The notes beneath the pieces are model-generated. The model was not told the DNA's origin and searched no databases. It worked only from the letters and a program-made list of their open reading frames with translations. From the IMG/VR virus record IMGVR_UViG_2880361019_000002, positions 1 to 42,237 of that record: a DNA stretch of 42,237 bases; one strand, written 5' to 3'. This document shows, one piece after another, positions 1 to 10,455 of the stretch; positions within the stretch are counted from its first letter, which is position 1; every line of letters begins with the position of its first letter. A program made the position numbers and the translations under genes. This DNA is from a virus. Its lineage: Duplodnaviria > Heunggongvirae > Uroviricota > Caudoviricetes.

Positions 1-426
1 TCATCGTCCCCTCCCGGTCAGTTCACGGATCAACAGCGTGAGCAGCTCTGGCGATGGATTTTCCAGCGTCATGTTACCGTGACGGAACTCCACCTTGCAG
101 GAGCCGGCACTGACACTGGTCTGAGTGGAAGTGGATAAAGACGGCGCAATGGCCGCCACCGGTTCTTTCTGCTCATCCGGCGTTATTTCTACAGGTAATA
201 ATTCAACGCCAGTGTCAGAAGAGGTCGTTACCTGAAGACGCCGTGATATACGCCCTTCGTTCTGCCAGAGCCTGAGCCATTTGAACAGGAGGTTATCATT
301 GATATCGTGTTCCCGGGCAATACGGGCAACAGAGGCTCCTGGTTGTGATGCCAGTTCCACCATACGAAGTTTGAATTCATTCGAATAGTTTTTACGAGGT
401 TCTTTTCGCCAGTCCTGTAATTCCAT
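1..426 (-). CDS. IS66-family accessory protein (orf1/TnpA-like)
   Basis: 141-aa ORF with the F-K-L/I-x-M-V-E-L...A-R-E-H-x-I-N-D-N-L-L-F-K-W motif shared with the orf1 at 609-1013 but clearly a different family member. Confidence 0.7.
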   Translation of the reverse strand: MELQDWRKEPRKNYSNEFKLRMVELASQPGASVARIAREHDINDNLLFKWLRLWQNEGRISRRLQVTTSSDTGVELLPVEITPDEQKEPVAAIAPSLSTSTQTSVSAGSCKVEFRHGNMTLENPSPELLTLLIRELTGRGR

Positions 427-511
427 ACTTAGATGTCCGTCTATATCAGATGGGCGTCTAAGTTACCAATTTTCGTCTGATGGCTACATACGGCGGTCAG
501 TTTACGCTTAC
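1..511 (-). mobile_element. IS66-family insertion sequence, partial (continues beyond window start)
   Basis: orf1-type accessory gene at 1-426 and a terminus reading GTAAGCG on the minus strand (plus 505-511 CGCTTAC), the typical IS66-family end. Confidence 0.55.
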
Positions 512-608
512 TGACAACTCGATGGCGGTAAGCGTCGTCTCAGCACCGTCTGGCAGATCCTGAAATTCCTGAGAGAATAGTGGACACCAAATATGGTGGA
601 CGCTATCC

Positions 609-1013
609 ATGAAATCATTAACCGCAGTGCGTAAAAAAAGCCCTAATTATCCCGTTGAGTTCAAAATCAAAATGGTTGAACTCTCGCATCGACCAGAGAT
701 CTCCGTAGCGCAACTCGCTCGTGAGCATGGGATCAACGATAATTTGCTGTTCAAGTGGCGCCAGTACTGGCGCGAAGGAAAACTACGTCCTCCTTCAACA
801 ACAGAAAACAACGTGCCTGAGCTGCTCCCGATAACACTTGATGCCGAAGATGTTGTCCCTACAACCTCCCCCCGGTCACAACCTGTAGCTGCTGCGACAC
901 CTGAATCACTCAATATCAGCTGTGAAGTGACGTTCCGGCACGGATCACTCCGTCTGAATGGTGCCATCAGCGAAAATATCCTGAACCTGCTGATACGGGA
1001 GCTCAAACGTTGA
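609..1013 (+). CDS. IS66-family accessory protein orf1 (TnpA-like)
   Basis: 134-aa ORF, helix-turn-helix-like N-terminus, first gene of the IS66 three-gene unit. Confidence 0.8.
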   Translation: MKSLTAVRKKSPNYPVEFKIKMVELSHRPEISVAQLAREHGINDNLLFKWRQYWREGKLRPPSTTENNVPELLPITLDAEDVVPTTSPRSQPVAAATPESLNISCEVTFRHGSLRLNGAISENILNLLIRELKR

Positions 1014-1357
1014 TCCCATTACCATCAGGGACAAAGATCTGGCTGGTCGCTGGCATCACCGATATGAGAAACGGCTTCAACGGCCTGGCGGCAAAGGTGC
1101 AGACGACGCTGAAAGACGATCCGATGTCAGGTCACGTTTTTATCTTCCGTGGGCGTAATGGCAGTCAGGTAAAGCTCCTCTGGTCTACCGGCGATGGACT
1201 GTGTCTGCTGACCAAACGGCTGGAGCGCGGCCGCTTCGCCTGGCCGTCAGCCCGGGATGGCAAAGTGTTCCTCACACCGGCACAGCTGGCGATGCTGCTG
1301 GAAGGTATCGACTGGCGGCAGCCTAAAAGACTGCTTACGTCCCTGACTATGTTGTAA
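1010..1357 (+). CDS. IS66-family orf2 (TnpB-like)
   Basis: 115-aa ORF overlapping orf1 stop (ATGA-type coupling), characteristic small orf2 of IS66 elements. Confidence 0.8.
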   Translation: MIPLPSGTKIWLVAGITDMRNGFNGLAAKVQTTLKDDPMSGHVFIFRGRNGSQVKLLWSTGDGLCLLTKRLERGRFAWPSARDGKVFLTPAQLAMLLEGIDWRQPKRLLTSLTML

Positions 1358-1405
1358 GCCTCTTTATCCTGGTCGACGCTGAATGAGCCTGGTAATATAC
1401 CCGGT

Positions 1406-2944
1406 ATGAGCAGCTCACTTCCTGACGATATCAATGCACTGAAACGTCTCCTTGCCGAACAGGAGGCGCTGAACCGTGCCCTGCAGGAAAAGCTGAACGA
1501 GCGTGAACGCGAAATAGACCATCTGCAGGCACAGCTGGATAAGCTGCGCCGGATGAACTTCGGCAGCCGCTCGGAAAAAGTCTCCCGTCGTATCGCACAG
1601 ATGGAAGCTGACCTGAAGGCACTTCAGAAAGAAAGTGATACCCTTACCGGTCGGGTTGACGACCCGGCCGTGCAGCGCCCGCTGCGTCAAACCCGCACCC
1701 GCAAACCGTTCCCCGAATCACTCCCCCGCGATGAAAAACGGCTGCTGCCGGCAGCGTCATGCTGCCCGGAATGTGGAGGCTCGCTGAGCTATCTGGGTGA
1801 GGATGCCGCCGAACAGCTGGAGCTGATGCGCAGCGCCTTCCGGGTTATCCGGACTGTACGTGAAAAGCATGCCTGTACTCAGTGCGATGCCATCGTGCAG
1901 GCCCCCGCGCCTTCACGGCCCATCGAGCGGGGTATCGCAGGACCGGGGCTGCTGGCCCGCGTGCTGATCTCAAAGTATGCAGAGCACACCCCGCTGTACC
2001 GCCAGTCTGAAATGTACGGCCGCCAGGGCGTGGAGCTGAGTCGTTCACTGCTGTCGGGCTGGGTGGATGCATGCTGCCGGCTACTGTCACCGCTGGAAGA
2101 AGCGCTTCAGGACTATGTGCTGACTGACGGTAAGCTCCATGCTGATGACACGCCTGTCCCGGTGCTGTTGCCAGGCAATAAGAAAACGAAGACCGGGCGG
2201 TTATGGACCTACGTTCGTGACGACCGTAACGCCGGGTCAACGCTGGCGCCGGCGGTGTGGTTCGCTTACAGCCCGGACAGAAAAGGCATCCATCCGCAGA
2301 CCCATCTTGCGGGGTTCAGTGGTGTACTGCAGGCGGATGCATACGCCGGGTTCAACGAGCTGTACCGGGATGGCCGGATAACGGAAGCCGCCTGTTGGGC
2401 TCACGCCCGCCGTAAAATCCACGATGTGCACGTTCGCACCCCGTCAGCCCTGACGGAGGAAGCGCTGAAACGGATCGGCGAACTGTACGCCATCGAGGCA
2501 GAGATAAGGGGAATGACGGCGGAGCAGCGCCTTGCCGAACGTCAGTTGAAAACGAAACCGCTGCTGAAATCCCTGGAAAGCTGGCTGCGTGAAAAGATGA
2601 AAACCCTGTCGCGACACTCAGAACTGGCGAAAGCGTTCGCATACGCCCTGAACCAGTGGCCGGCGCTGACGTACTATGCAGATGATGGCTGGGCTGAGGC
2701 GGACAATAACATCGCTGAAAATGCGTTGCGGATGGTCAGTCTGGGCCGCAAAAACTACCTGTTCTTCGGTTCGGATCATGGAGGAGAGCGGGGAGCGCTG
2801 CTGTACAGCCTGATCGGGACGTGCAAACTGAACGGAGTGGAGCCAGAAAGCTACCTCCGCTATGTCCTTGACGTCATAGCCGACTGGCCGATAAACCGGG
2901 TCGGCGAACTGCTCCCCTGGCGCGTAGCACTGCCGACTGAATAA
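1406..2944 (+). CDS. IS66-family transposase (orf3/TnpC)
   Basis: 512-aa ORF with N-terminal coiled coil/leucine zipper, CxxC...CxxC zinc-finger motif and DDE-type core typical of IS66 transposases. Confidence 0.85.
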   Translation: MSSSLPDDINALKRLLAEQEALNRALQEKLNEREREIDHLQAQLDKLRRMNFGSRSEKVSRRIAQMEADLKALQKESDTLTGRVDDPAVQRPLRQTRTRKPFPESLPRDEKRLLPAASCCPECGGSLSYLGEDAAEQLELMRSAFRVIRTVREKHACTQCDAIVQAPAPSRPIERGIAGPGLLARVLISKYAEHTPLYRQSEMYGRQGVELSRSLLSGWVDACCRLLSPLEEALQDYVLTDGKLHADDTPVPVLLPGNKKTKTGRLWTYVRDDRNAGSTLAPAVWFAYSPDRKGIHPQTHLAGFSGVLQADAYAGFNELYRDGRITEAACWAHARRKIHDVHVRTPSALTEEALKRIGELYAIEAEIRGMTAEQRLAERQLKTKPLLKSLESWLREKMKTLSRHSELAKAFAYALNQWPALTYYADDGWAEADNNIAENALRMVSLGRKNYLFFGSDHGGERGALLYSLIGTCKLNGVEPESYLRYVLDVIADWPINRVGELLPWRVALPTE

Positions 2945-2981
2945 CACATCCCCGTCAATACGGTTCTTGCTGCACGCTTAC

Positions 2982-4478
2982 GAATTGCCGCACTCTGGTC
3001 TTCCAGTTTCTTATTGACGGTCTGCGTGATTTCATTGCTGACATCCGTAATGGACGTCCTGATTTCAGCCAGGTCAGGCGCAAGCTGACCGTTATCAATC
3101 TGCGTCCACAGCTCCTGAGCCAGATGGGTTTTCCCTATCTCGCCTTTGAAAAAATCCAGATAGCCGGATGCATCATCACTCGGCTGACCAACAGCCTCCA
3201 CGAATGCCGATTTGCCAACGGTGTTCACACTGCGAACGTAAAAATAATAATCATGGCCCGGTTTGATATTGATACTGGCGGCTATCCAGTACAGCGCCGT
3301 ACCAAGATAGCGGGCTGTGGTTTCAACCTGCCTGATATCGGTAATCCGCTTTTCCGAGAACCAGAACTCAAACTGTACCGTCGGATCATAAACCGCAAGA
3401 TGCGGCGTGGCGGTTATCTGAAAATAGCCCGGTGTCAGCTCAATCCGAGACGGCGCTGCCGGTGCGGCAATCCGGAACGATACCGACGCCGGATCGCCCT
3501 GCTGCCCCCGGGCATTTGCCGCCCGGACTGTCAGCCTGTAGTTTCCCAGCGCCAGCTGCCTGAAGCGGTATGTGGTTTCCGTCGTCCGGGCTGTGCTGAC
3601 CAGCCGCTCACTGCCGTCTTCTGCTGTCACGGTCAGACGAAGCAGGAAGCTCACGCCCTTCACCACCTTCGGCGTATCCCAGCGCGCCAGCACCTGATAT
3701 TCCCCGCTGTCTGCGGTGACTTCGGCAGTCAGGTGCTGCACCGCTGGCGGCGTGACACCATTCACCGTGCCGCTCTGGTCGCCGTCAAAGTGCGCCCCGT
3801 TATCCACGATGGCTTCTTTTTCCGGCACGTGCTGCACCGCCGTGATGGCAAAGGTGCCGTCCGTGTTTTCCCGGATGGAGACACAGCGGAACAGGCGACG
3901 ACGCAGTGACGGCAGGGAGAGTCCCCATACACCGTATGTCTCCACACCATCAGGCAGGGTGCTGACCTGTATCCGGTCCGGCGCGGGGTGTGCGGTGATG
4001 TCCACACTCACCGGCTTACCGCTGCCGTTAATCAGGTTCACCGTGGCGGCACCTGTCTCCGGCAGGGTCACCTCACGGTCCAGTGTCAGGGTGCGGCTGG
4101 CGGCATCGATGGACAGGATACGTCCGCCGGTCATGGTCCCGGCATAGTCGTTATCACAGATTTCAATAATGTCACCGGGTGTGTGACGCAGCCCCTGTGA
4201 CCCGAGCGTGAAATCCACCGTCTGCGTTTCCAGCAGTCCGGTCTTTATCACCCACAGCCCGGCACTGTGGGCCTGACCGCGACTGGTGCAACCGAACGCA
4301 TCCATCTTCAGCAGGTTGCGCCCGTAGCGCAGTATGGCTTCCGGGTCTTCCACCAGTTCCGTGGAGGTCTGCCAGCCGTTCTGCGGGTCGGTGTAATTCA
4401 CCTCCACCGCCGTGTGGCGGTCCTTCAGGGCGCTGAAGCTGTAGCGAAACCCCACGCCGTTATCATCCACCACCACAT
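2982..4478 (-). pseudogene. J: Tail tip / host-specificity protein J, central fragment (C-terminal third missing, cut by IS66 end at 2981)
   Basis: Translation matches the central region of lambda gpJ (e.g. [12 protein letters not shown]..., [19 protein letters not shown]...); reading frame runs into the IS66 terminus. Confidence 0.8.
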
Positions 4479-4671
4479 TGCGTATTTTCATGAAAGGAGA
4501 TCACTCAATAACTTCCATCGAGATCGGGTAATAACATTTGAACAGATCGCTGAATAACATCGATGGAGATCACTTTTGACTCATTTTGTTATTCAGTGAT
4601 CTCCATCAATGTTATTGGAACTTCACAGGTGTGTTGATCTGTATCTTTTGCCATTCCGGTAAAGGATACCT

Positions 4672-6213
4672 ATGCCAACAGTTCCAATTTCTATGAGAAA
4701 ACTTAAAGAAATTCTTAGGCTTAAATACGGTGTTGGACTCAGCCATCGACAAATTGGTCGTAGTCTTGCAATCTCCCCTTCCGTTGTATCCAGATATGCT
4801 AATCGGGCGGCTCAACTTGGCATAAAGCAGTGGCCCTTACCTACAGGATGGGATGATACAAAACTAAAACATGCGTTCCTTCAGACCCAGGTTAAGATGA
4901 AGAAGCACTCTCTGCCTGACTGGGCTACAGTACACCGGGAACTGCGTAATAAATGCGTGACGCTGCAGCTACTCTGGGAAGAATACTGTGAGCGTAATCC
5001 AGGCGGTTTTTACAGCTATAACCATTACTGCCGGATGTACCGTGAATGGCTCAAAACCACTTCACCATCAATGCGTCAGGTACATAAAGCTGGCGAAAAA
5101 CTTTTCGTTGATTACTGTGGACCTACCGTTGGCGTTACCGACCCTGAGACCGGAGAAATAAGAACTGCTCAGGTCATCGTAGCTGTTCTCGGGGCATCAA
5201 GTTACACATGGGCAGAGGCCACCTGGTCTCAGCAGCTTGAAGACTGGGTGATGAGTCATGTTCGCTGCTTCCAGTGGTTGGGTGGCGTTCCTGAACTTGT
5301 TGTTCCGGACAATCTGAAAAGCGCCACATCCAGGGCATGTAAGTATGATCCTGACGTTAACCCTACCTACCAGCAGATGCTTGAGCATTATAATGTCGCA
5401 GTTTTGCCTGCGCGGCCACGTAAACCGAAAGATAAAGCCAAAGCTGAAGTTGGCGTTCAGGTTGTTGAACGCTGGATCATGGCCCGAATCAGGCATGAGA
5501 TCTTCTACAGCCTTGCATCGCTTAATCAGCGCATTCGGGAGTTGCTGGAAAGACTGAATAACAAAATAATGCAGAAGTTGGGTTATTCACGTGCAGAACT
5601 CTTCATCCAGCTTGATAAACCCGCACTGAAGCCTCTTCCTGAAGCCAGTTACAGTTACACCCTGGTGAAGAAAGTCAGAGTTCATGCCGATTACCACGTG
5701 GAAATCGACAAACATTACTACTCGGTTCCATGTTCGCTGTTAGGCCAGCAACTGGAAGCATGGATCTCCGGAGAACTGGTAAGACTCTTCAATCAGGGGC
5801 AGGAGGTTGCTGTGCACCCGCGCAAGCGTACTTATGGCTACAGTACCCGCAACGAGCACATGCCTGAAGCTCATCGACAGCATGCCACCTGGACGCCAGA
5901 GCGTCTTCTGGAATGGGCGGGGCACATAGGCAGTGAAACTCATAGTTATGTGCTTCATATACTGAACTCTCGTCCACATCCGGAACAAAGCTATCGCTTC
6001 TGCCTTGGACTCCTGAACCTTCATAAAAAATACAGTAAAGCCAGACTTAATGCAGCATGTGCAAGAGCTCTGAAAACAAAGGTATGGCGTCTGTCAGGTA
6101 TTAAATCGATCCTGGAAAAAGGTCTGGATAAACAACCTGTTCAGGATCCAAAACCAGATCTGTTATCCACGATGGAACACGAAAACGTACGCGGCAGTGA
6201 GTATTACCACTGA
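4672..6213 (+). CDS. istA: IS21-family transposase IstA
   Basis: 513-aa ORF with N-terminal HTH and integrase-core (DDE) region, followed 11 bp later by istB. Confidence 0.8.
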   Translation: MPTVPISMRKLKEILRLKYGVGLSHRQIGRSLAISPSVVSRYANRAAQLGIKQWPLPTGWDDTKLKHAFLQTQVKMKKHSLPDWATVHRELRNKCVTLQLLWEEYCERNPGGFYSYNHYCRMYREWLKTTSPSMRQVHKAGEKLFVDYCGPTVGVTDPETGEIRTAQVIVAVLGASSYTWAEATWSQQLEDWVMSHVRCFQWLGGVPELVVPDNLKSATSRACKYDPDVNPTYQQMLEHYNVAVLPARPRKPKDKAKAEVGVQVVERWIMARIRHEIFYSLASLNQRIRELLERLNNKIMQKLGYSRAELFIQLDKPALKPLPEASYSYTLVKKVRVHADYHVEIDKHYYSVPCSLLGQQLEAWISGELVRLFNQGQEVAVHPRKRTYGYSTRNEHMPEAHRQHATWTPERLLEWAGHIGSETHSYVLHILNSRPHPEQSYRFCLGLLNLHKKYSKARLNAACARALKTKVWRLSGIKSILEKGLDKQPVQDPKPDLLSTMEHENVRGSEYYH

Positions 6214-6224
6214 TACGGGATCCA

Positions 6225-6974
6225 ATGATGAATCATCTTTACGAACAACTGACCGCACTTAAACTCACCGGCTTCCGTGATGCGCTTAAAAAGCAACTTG
6301 CTCAGCCGGGCACATACCAGGAGCTGGGCTTCGAAGAACGCCTGTCATTACTGACAGCAGAAGAACTAACCTGCCGTGAAAACAGGAAGGCAGAGCGTCT
6401 GATCAAACATGCACGGTTCAGACTTAATGCTGAGTTATCAAAGCTGGATTATCGTAACAATAGAGGGCTGGACAGGGCCCTCATCCGTTCACTCAGTCAG
6501 GGAAACTGGTTAACCCTGAAACAAAATATTTTACTGACCGGGGCCACCGGCAGCGGTAAAACGTTCCTGGCATGTGCACTTGGTCATAATGCCTGCCGAC
6601 AGGGATACAAGGTCTACTATTATCGCCTTAAAGCGCTGATGGAACAGTGCTATCAGGGGCATGCTGATGGAAGATACAGCAAACTTTTGACCAGGCTGAA
6701 TAATAGCGATCTGCTGCTTCTGGATGACTGGGGGCTGGAACCTCTCTCATCAGAACAGCGTAGCGACCTGCTGGAAATAGTGGATCTGATGTACCAACGA
6801 GGCTCAATCATCGTAGTGAGCCAGTTGCCGGTGGAAAACTGGTACAAAATGATCGGAGACTCCACACATGCGGATGCCATCCTAGATCGACTGGTTCATG
6901 GCAGTATCAAGATCGAACTTAAAGGAGAATCAATGCGGAAAATACAATCTCCGTTGACCGAAGGAGATCAGTGA
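6225..6974 (+). CDS. istB: IS21-family ATP-binding helper IstB
   Basis: 249-aa ORF with Walker A motif GATGSGKT and DnaA/IstB-like AAA+ core. Confidence 0.85.
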   Translation: MMNHLYEQLTALKLTGFRDALKKQLAQPGTYQELGFEERLSLLTAEELTCRENRKAERLIKHARFRLNAELSKLDYRNNRGLDRALIRSLSQGNWLTLKQNILLTGATGSGKTFLACALGHNACRQGYKVYYYRLKALMEQCYQGHADGRYSKLLTRLNNSDLLLLDDWGLEPLSSEQRSDLLEIVDLMYQRGSIIVVSQLPVENWYKMIGDSTHADAILDRLVHGSIKIELKGESMRKIQSPLTEGDQ

Positions 6975-7059
6975 AGGTAATTTAAAAACGGTTCTGTGAA
7001 AGTGACACGAACCGATCTCCATCGATGTTACTCACCGATCTCCTTCACGGTAATACGCA

Positions 7060-8189
7060 ACCACATCGCAGTTGGTGTACGGCCACACCACATCCGACGG
7101 GCGGTCCTGAACGAACGTCAGCGTCTGGCCGTTCCATACCGGCATACAGCGCATCGCCGAGCAGAAATCACTGAGAACGTCCCACGCCTTACGCTGTTGT
7201 GACAGGTACGCATTAAAGGTCATCCGCGGCTCTGTGCCCCCGAAACCATCCGGGACCGTCTGGTCGCAGTACTGCGCAATGGCATACAGCGCCCATTTGT
7301 CCACATCCGCCGCCCCCAGACGTTTTCCCATGCCATAGCGCGGGTGAGTCAGCATGTCCCACAGGCACCAGGCCGGGTTGTTGCTGTATGCCGGTTTCAG
7401 ACTGCCGTCCCAGATGCCGCTGTAAGTGCGTTTTTCCGGGTCATAGTTTGACGGCACCTGGATGATGCGACCTCGGATATGGTAGTTCACCGTCATCTGC
7501 TGACCGCCAAACTGCTCCGCATCCACCTGCAGCCCCACAATCGCCGTGTTCGGGTAGCACTGTTTCACATCGATGATTTCGGTGTATGACGACCAGAGCG
7601 TCTTATTCTGCAGCTGGTCCGAGGTGCTGTCCGCTGTCTCCCGGACCATCCGGATGTTAAAGGGCCGCTCAGGCAGATTATCCAGAATCACCGACGCCAG
7701 GTACTGTGAGGTGGTCTTGCCGTTAATGGTGACATCCTTTTCCGTCACCCAGTTACCGTTACGCTGCAACTGAATCAGCAGCCGGACAGAAGAGGGATTA
7801 CGGTCGCCCTTTGAGGTGGTCTCCAACAGTGACTGCACCCCGAAGGTGACCCGCAGGCGGTCAATGTTCGCGGATGTAATGGTGCGCGTTACCGGCTTTG
7901 CCTTCGTCACTTCCACGCCCAGTCCGGTTTCAGCTCCGGAGGACTCAAAGCCTTCCGGTGGTGTCTACTCCTGCTCCCCGGCACGCCAGACCGCGGTCAC
8001 ACCGTGTATCACGGGATTACCGTCCGTGTCCGTCAGCGGGGTTTTGTTCACCAGGATACTCTGCAGTCCCTTCACCGGGCCTTCTATCGGTCCCTCACCA
8101 ATCGCATCAATCACACTCATCATCTGCGTGGATTTGAGATTGTCCTTCGCCTCGCGCGGTGTGTGCGCCTTGCCGCCACCTTTGCCCAT
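7060..8189 (-). pseudogene. J: Tail tip / host-specificity protein J, N-terminal fragment with in-frame amber codon
   Basis: Starts MGKGGGKAHTPREAKDNL (lambda J N-terminus); TAG at 7965-7967 replaces the Gln of ...AGEQE-Q-TPPEGF...; frame continues unchanged to the IS21 junction. Confidence 0.8.
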
Positions 8190-8424
8190 TGTCTCACCCT
8201 TTACTGTGATAACTGTTACGCACAAAAACAACAGGCATCCCTGAGGATGCCTGTATCATCACTGAATAAAACTTCTGAATATCTTCACATTTTCACAAAC
8301 TGACTGTGGTGCTAATAATTTCTCTGCGTTAATGTTTTTTGTCGTGACATAAGAATAATTCCTTACACTTAATCTTCGTAACTCTCCCGCAGTTCCGCAA
8401 CTCTGCGGGATTTTTTTATTCTTT

Positions 8425-9105
8425 TTACCCCTGCCGCCCGATAACCACGACCTTTCCGCCCCCGCCTTCATTACGGGTGCTGATGTCCTGGGATATCCGT
8501 CGTGAACCAACCAGCATTTCCCCGTAAGGCACCGGCATCGGGTTACCCTGGGCAATCATATTGTCCAGTGACGAAAAATACGTGTTCTGTTTACCGTTAT
8601 CCGTTGCGCGGTAATCCGGTGTTTTTGCCTTCGGTGCCAGCATCTGGGCCACACCGCCCAGAATCATACTGGCACCCAGTGAAAACAGCATCGTGGTGGC
8701 AGAAAAACCACCGGCACTCAGGGCTGTACCCCATAACGCCATCGAGCCTCCGGCAGTGAAGAAAGAGCCCACGATGGCTGCCGCCCCCAGCACAATCTGC
8801 AGTCCGCCCTTTCCGGCTCCGGCCAGTCGCGGCACAATGTGGATGACCGCCCCCTCACCCAGAGGTTCGTGAAGACGGGCGTACACCGCCTCCGGTGCCG
8901 TGTCCTCACCGCGAATACGTATCTGGTACCAGCCTTCGTTCATCTGACGGCGGAATCCCGGCACCTGTAACGACAGCGCCCGGATGGCTTCCGCTGCCGT
9001 GTTCACGTACAGGCTGAGGCGGCGGCCAAATCGTTGTAAATCCCCGTGAAGGCAGATGCGTGCCAGTGGCGGTGACGCCAGACAGAATGCGTTCGTCGTT
9101 GCCAT
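8425..9105 (-). CDS. I: Tail assembly protein I
   Basis: 226-aa ORF closely matching lambda gpI (ARICLHGDLQRFGRR..., C-terminal hydrophobic/Gly-rich region); overlaps the 3-prime end of K. Confidence 0.85.
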   Translation of the reverse strand: MATTNAFCLASPPLARICLHGDLQRFGRRLSLYVNTAAEAIRALSLQVPGFRRQMNEGWYQIRIRGEDTAPEAVYARLHEPLGEGAVIHIVPRLAGAGKGGLQIVLGAAAIVGSFFTAGGSMALWGTALSAGGFSATTMLFSLGASMILGGVAQMLAPKAKTPDYRATDNGKQNTYFSSLDNMIAQGNPMPVPYGEMLVGSRRISQDISTRNEGGGGKVVVIGRQG

Positions 9106-9746
9106 TTTTCGGAATACCTCTCCCGTTTACTCAGTTGTTCAGGCAGATGGTGAAGCAGTTCACCGTTGCCGCAGTAAATGGCGGCATGATTGGCCACCGA
9201 TGCGCCAAAGCAGCACAGCAGGATATCGCCCGCCTGTGCAGAGGACAGGGGCACCCGGTAAAAGCCTGTGACCGCCATATTGTCCAGGTAAAGGTTCTGA
9301 CCGTTGCGCCACCAGTCATCCTCACGCTCAAAATCCGGCATATCAATTCCCGCCAGATGGTAGGCATCCCGGAACAGCGTGTAACAGTCCGTCACCCCGT
9401 GCTCAAAGCGCCGTCCTGTCAGATGTGGCACACAGCGGAATTTATGAATTTCCCCCCGGCAGACCAGCCACCAGGACAGTGCACTTTTTATCTGCAGCCG
9501 CCGGTCGGCCTCGCTCAGCCAGGGCAGACCACCGGGATGACTGTGGACCAGTGCCACAATCTCCCCCTGCATCTCTGCCCGCAGCCAGTCTTCCGGTGCA
9601 ATACGAAAATACGCCTCCGGCTCTGCAGAGATATTCACACAAGGGATATACCGCTCCCCCTCCGGCGTTCTCACCACGAAGCCGCACGACTCCGCAGGCA
9701 CACACCGCCGGGTGTGTGCCAGAATCGCTGATTCTGTCTGTGTCAT
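9003..9746 (-). CDS. K: Tail assembly protein K (JAB/MPN plus NlpC/P60-like)
   Basis: Start taken at internal MTQTESAILAH... matching the lambda gpK N-terminus; HSHP metalloprotease-like motif present. Confidence 0.8.
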   Translation of the reverse strand: MTQTESAILAHTRRCVPAESCGFVVRTPEGERYIPCVNISAEPEAYFRIAPEDWLRAEMQGEIVALVHSHPGGLPWLSEADRRLQIKSALSWWLVCRGEIHKFRCVPHLTGRRFEHGVTDCYTLFRDAYHLAGIDMPDFEREDDWWRNGQNLYLDNMAVTGFYRVPLSSAQAGDILLCCFGASVANHAAIYCGNGELLHHLPEQLSKRERYSEKWQRRTHSVWRHRHWHASAFTGIYNDLAAASACT

Positions 9747-9756
9747 AAACCGGGAT

Positions 9757-10455
9757 TTACTGCGAAAGTTTATTAATGGAAAGGAAACCGCCAAAATTAG
9801 CCACCATGCCGCGCATCTCACACCCGCGCATGCACTTGCTGCATCTGTCCTTACGGATATCGGTGGTGGGTTTATCGAACTCATCCGCCACAGCCCCGCC
9901 CGTGTAACCACACTCATCAGAGCGGTAGGTCCACATACAGGTGTTCGCCAGCATGATACGACCGGGAAACAGCGCCCCGTCCGTCTCGGTCGGTGTGGCC
10001 AGCACAAACGAGGCCGTCATGGCTGTCAGCTGCGACATCTGCTCCACCACCCAGCGGTCGCTCAGCTCCTGCTCCGGGTCCGCTTCCGGATTGCCCGCCA
10101 CAAAATTCACCGCATCCAGAAAACGGGCATACACCCGGCGGCGGACCACCGTGGCCCCCACCAGGCTCTGCAGGTCCTCCGCCATTCCGGTGACAAGGCC
10201 AAACAGATTGGACACCGTCAGCGACGGTCTGGCACTGCTGCCCTTCCCGTTCATCTCAAAGCCGCTGCCGTCAATCGGGTACGCCTGATATTCACGCCCC
10301 TGCCAGGTGACCGGCTCCCCTTTTTCATTCAGTTCATTGCAGAAAAAATAGCGCTCACCGCCCTGCACCGTCAGGTCAATTTCCCAGAGCACCACCCGCG
10401 GTGACTGTTCTGATTTAACCGACTCGTTCAGGCTTTCTTCATGAATATTCTGCAT
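9757..10455 (-). CDS. L: Minor tail protein L
   Basis: 232-aa ORF nearly colinear with lambda gpL (VVLWEIDLT...GERYFFCNE..., C-terminal Cys cluster). Confidence 0.9.
   Translation of the reverse strand: MQNIHEESLNESVKSEQSPRVVLWEIDLTVQGGERYFFCNELNEKGEPVTWQGREYQAYPIDGSGFEMNGKGSSARPSLTVSNLFGLVTGMAEDLQSLVGATVVRRRVYARFLDAVNFVAGNPEADPEQELSDRWVVEQMSQLTAMTASFVLATPTETDGALFPGRIMLANTCMWTYRSDECGYTGGAVADEFDKPTTDIRKDRCSKCMRGCEMRGMVANFGGFLSINKLSQ

Larger units (their letters stand above)
528..2981 (+). mobile_element. IS66-family insertion sequence, apparently complete (orf1-orf2-orf3)
   Basis: Begins GTAAGCGTC at 528 and ends CGCTTAC at 2975-2981 (inverted terminal match); three ORFs with overlapping stop/start; flanks (cgatggcg / gaattgcc) show no direct repeat. 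Confidence 0.7.
4479..7059 (+). mobile_element. IS21-family insertion sequence (istA-istB), complete, flanked by 7-bp direct repeat ACCACAT
   Basis: Termini TGCGTATT...AATACGCA (TG...CA, imperfect inverted repeats with internal GGAGATC motifs); identical ACCACAT at 4472-4478 and 7060-7066; two-gene istA/istB organisation. Confidence 0.8.

Noticed and set aside
3124-3909. 261-aa plus-strand ORF
   Set aside because: Lies antisense inside the well-supported J coding fragment; composition (Arg/Cys/Pro-rich) is typical of an antisense artefact.
7916-7967. Apparent frameshift splitting J into two track ORFs
   Set aside because: Both ORFs are in the same frame; the break is an in-frame TAG at 7965-7967, and the track's second ORF simply begins at a GTG.
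8004-8303. 99-aa plus-strand ORF in the I-J gap
   Set aside because: Mostly overlaps the J N-terminus antisense; no RBS; the gap is better explained as non-coding with structured elements.
9060-9731. 223-aa plus-strand ORF and neighbouring long ORFs (9712-10404, 9941-10288)
   Set aside because: Antisense to the strongly supported K and L tail genes.
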